From a virus, in IMG/VR virus record IMGVR_UViG_3300001848_000317: a stretch of DNA of 64,000 nt; one strand, given 5' to 3'. Under the pieces are notes generated by a model. The model worked only from the letters and a program-made list of their open reading frames with translations. It did no database searches and was not told the DNA's origin. A program made the translations under genes and the position numbers. Positions 63,578 through 64,000 of this stretch are shown one piece after another; position 1 is the first letter of the stretch, and every line of letters starts with the position of its first letter.

Positions 63578-63799
63578 TCACCCCCAATCCGAGAAAACAT
63601 AGCCGTTGCGGGACACGAACAGCCGGGTCGGCAACCCGGCTGACAGGCCAAAGCCTGATTGAAACGCCTCTCCGCAACGGAGCAGACGATCCCGCACCAG
63701 GGCGGGATAGCCCGTGAGGGCCTTCGCTGCGATGTTCACGTCCGCAGGGAGAAGCCCCCGCTGGACGAGGTTGCGAACGATAATGGTCTGGTTTTTCAT
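63578..63799 (-). CDS. hypothetical protein (73 aa)
   Basis: ORF track 63578..63853 trimmed to the ATG at 63797-63799 (GAGGAGG upstream). Confidence 0.5.
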   Translation of the reverse strand: MKNQTIIVRNLVQRGLLPADVNIAAKALTGYPALVRDRLLRCGEAFQSGFGLSAGLPTRLFVSRNGYVFSDWG

Positions 63800-63810
63800 G
63801 ATTCCTCCTC

Positions 63811-63826
63811 TGCCGGTATTCCGGCA
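63811..63826 (-). promoter_or_regulatory. 5' hairpin abutting SD (cassette 5)
   Basis: tgccgg-tatt-ccggca, nearly identical to 62240-62257. The SD (RC of 63804-63809) is 1 nt away. Confidence 0.5.
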
Positions 63827-63848
63827 ACTTGTGATGAACCCATGACGG

Positions 63849-63866
63849 CCCACCTCGAAAGATGGG
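63849..63866 (-). terminator. CCCACC-type hairpin after the partial upstream gene
   Basis: On minus-strand RNA, cccauc pairs with ggtggg (one G-U pair). Confidence 0.45.
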
Positions 63867-63876
63867 ATGGTTGTTA

Positions 63877-64000
63877 TTACGATCGAGGCAGCTTGGTGAT
63901 GATCCGCTCGGCGGCGCCCTGTCCAGCGTCACGGTCGTACATAGCGACCCGCATCGTGTCCTTGCTGATGTCGGACTTCAGCGGGTGGCCGAACAGGTAG
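63877..64000 (-). CDS. 3' end of a leftward gene that starts beyond the window
   Basis: Not in the ORF track because there is no in-window start. My hand translation of the minus strand gives ...YLFGHPLKSDISKDTMRVAMYDRDAGQGAAERIITKLPRS, with the TAA at 63877-63879. GC3 is high. Confidence 0.45.
   Translation of the reverse strand, partial: YLFGHPLKSDISKDTMRVAMYDRDAGQGAAERIITKLPRS

Noticed and set aside
1-64000. A search by eye for tRNA/tmRNA genes, rRNA, integrase/excisionase, transposases, inteins/homing endonucleases and toxin-antitoxin pairs.
   Set aside because: I recognised no GGTTCGAATCC-type T-arm contexts and no recombinase, HNH or LAGLIDADG motifs. PolA, DnaB, terminase and ThyX are of normal length with collinear motifs, which leaves no room for inteins. 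Absence is provisional, because tRNAscan/Infernal and HMM scans were not run.

Overview
This is a contiguous 64-kb stretch of a tailed dsDNA phage or prophage genome with siphovirus-like gene order. GC is roughly mid to high 50s percent, judged from hand-counted lines. I recognised no host genes, rRNA, tRNA, CRISPR array or integrase.

Layout:
(1) Two leftward genes at 35-794.
(2) A ~760-bp AT-richer non-coding hub at 813-1577, carrying iteron-like repeats.
(3) A 35.6-kb rightward arm at 1578-37149. It encodes a RuvC-like resolvase, a DUF1599 protein, dCMP deaminase, an XRE HTH protein, small and large terminase, portal, a protease-scaffold fusion, major capsid, connectors, major tail protein and a tail chaperone with a candidate -1 frameshift. 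It continues with a single 3,749-aa tape measure ORF that has an embedded lytic transglycosylase, about 15 distal-tail genes including two paralogues, an M15 peptidase endolysin and a 1,160-aa repeat-rich fibre.
(4) A small rightward 3-gene island at 37723-38734.
(5) A ~26-kb leftward arm running from 64000 back to 37213. It has many small SD-led early ORFs, DUF932, GP88-like and HIRAN proteins, an HTH protein and a ferritin-like/DUF2827 glycosyltransferase-like gene pair. It also encodes an SNF2 helicase, a SWIM protein, a gp32-like SSB, PolA, RecA, a PD-(D/E)XK nuclease, DnaB, primase, a SpoVS-like protein and ThyX.

Most interesting leads:
- A translationally coupled di-iron ferritin-like + DUF2827-like pair, in a genome that also carries thyX, dCMP deaminase and DUF1599. 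This is a possible undescribed nucleotide/DNA modification module.
- A recurrent GC hairpin abutting the Shine-Dalgarno of five terminator-bounded single-gene cassettes (60.8-63.9 kb).
- The giant mosaic tape measure gene.
- An iteron-bearing non-coding hub.
- A split HIRAN/SWIM/SNF2 set.

All functional calls rest on motif recognition by eye; no searches were run.
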